A stretch of DNA of 64,000 nt from the human T2T-CHM13v2.0 reference genome, Homo sapiens. The position numbers and the translations under genes were made by a program. The stretch lies in the NCBI RefSeq assembly GCF_009914755.1, contig NC_060937.1; one strand, written 5' to 3'. Below, piece by piece: positions 62,601 to 64,000 of this stretch (its first letter is position 1; every line of letters begins with the position of its first letter). Under the pieces are notes generated by a model that saw nothing but the letters and a program-made list of their open reading frames with translations, did not search any database and was not told the DNA's origin.

Positions 62601-64000
62601 CTCCCTCCTCCTTTGAAAGTGCATTGGCCTGCCCCGCTTGTAAAAGCCCAGGGGTTCCGGAAAGCCGAACGCGCTTTACAGGACAACTGCAAAGAGGAAC
62701 AGAGGCGAAATCCAGGGGGAGACCATGTGACCACGCGTGGCACTGGCCAATCCCACAGCAGTTGGTGTTAATGTGTGTCACCGGAGGCATACGGGGCGAC
62801 GGCGAAACGAAGGGTGGGGTCCAGGCATATGCCGGTGGAAGGGGGAAACGGGTGACATTTCCGTCAACGCCAAGGAAAAACAAACAACACCTGGGAACCG
62901 TGGGGTAGGGGGGCCTCCTGTGCCTGACCCAAGCCACGTTTTCAAATGCCTACCAGAGGAGCAAAGAGGTTTCTGCCAATTTCGCAACACCCCCAATCCT
63001 CCACCGAACTGGTAGCCCTGACGCAACTTCGGCTGGTACAAACCCACAGAGAGTGGGAAAGAAACACACAGAGAGTGAGAGACAGAGAGAGAAGAGAGAA
63101 TGGGAGACACACACACAGACACACACGCACACACACGCAGAGTCATACAGCAGAGGCTTTGAAACACACACTCCCAGGCAACCCCTGAGGATCCGGGGTT
63201 CTGCTCTGGAGGAGAACGACCCTCGGGTGAGAGAGCAGCCCAGGAGCACGCAGGCCGACCCGTCCTCGAGATCACTGACCGCGGCGCGACTTTTGGCGAG
63301 ACTCACCCCAACCAACACCGTCCGTGCAGGCCTGAGGCTGGGATCCCGTGCTGCTTCCCCCGTCTCCGCCTGGGGTTTCATCTTCATAGTCGGCCCTTTG
63401 CGACTGCTGGCATCAGGAGAGTTTCCCTTCGAGCCCGTGAAGAGGTGAGACCGGAGCCTCAGAGCCTCGATACCCAAGCACTGCCACGGAGGGCTCCTGC
63501 TCTGCAAAGCCTCGGGGACTGGTTTCTAAGACAACCGTGGGAACCACTGTGACCGGAGAAACCGCTGGGGCCTCCCGCGTGCGCATTGGCTGAGCCGACT
63601 CACGCTCCACTCCTGACAGATAGGCTGCGTCCCCTTTAAATATCGCCACCGCCGCGCGGCGGCCGCGATGCTCCTGCTGCCGCCGCGGCGGCGGCTGTGT
63701 CCTGGGTCCTGTTTGGGGCGGCATGGGAGAGGGGACCGCGGGTGTCTCGTCCTGTCCCAGGCCCAAACCCCCAGGGCTCCTGTCCTCAGGACCTGCTTGA
63801 GCCGACTTCCACCAAGGGAGGGGGAGCTTCAGGACGCCTGCTGTGTTCTCTGGACTCCCGTTGAGATCCCATTCTGGCCCCCTCCGAGTGACATAGGATG
63901 GGCTCACCACATGTGGTCAGGCCGGCAGGGCCTCGCTGCAGCACACAATGACCCCATAGGTCTCAAGGCCTAGTGTCAGAGCAAATTCACCGATCCATCA

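Overview
Primate (almost certainly human) genomic DNA with two parts. Positions 1 to ~25,320 are AT-rich interspersed-repeat flank: six Alus, a THE1/MST solo LTR, MIR/L2/L1M/MER5 relics, a G-rich minisatellite and small tandem duplications, with no convincing protein-coding exon. From ~25,320 to the end lies the edge and first ~27 units of a CpG-rich ~1.41-kb macrosatellite with one NotI site per unit, identified from recall as SST1/NBL2/MER22. The array edge keeps ~1 kb of extra sequence that the 1.4-kb units lack, and this carries a disrupted FAM27D1/FAM27E-like reading frame. The array is not uniform: a diverged edge unit, then an older mixed block, then a near-identical 4-unit higher-order repeat (5,662 bp x ~3), a derived 2,829-bp dimer, and a distal block with a 2,820-bp dimer. 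Every unit carries a promoter-like cassette (NRF1 palindrome, inverted CCAAT, TTTAAA, GC palindrome/NotI), and most carry an exact PRDM9 13-mer. The repeat family is known. The most interesting observations are its internal higher-order, layered organisation and the unit-type-specific motif variants. Family names come from memory, not from a database search.
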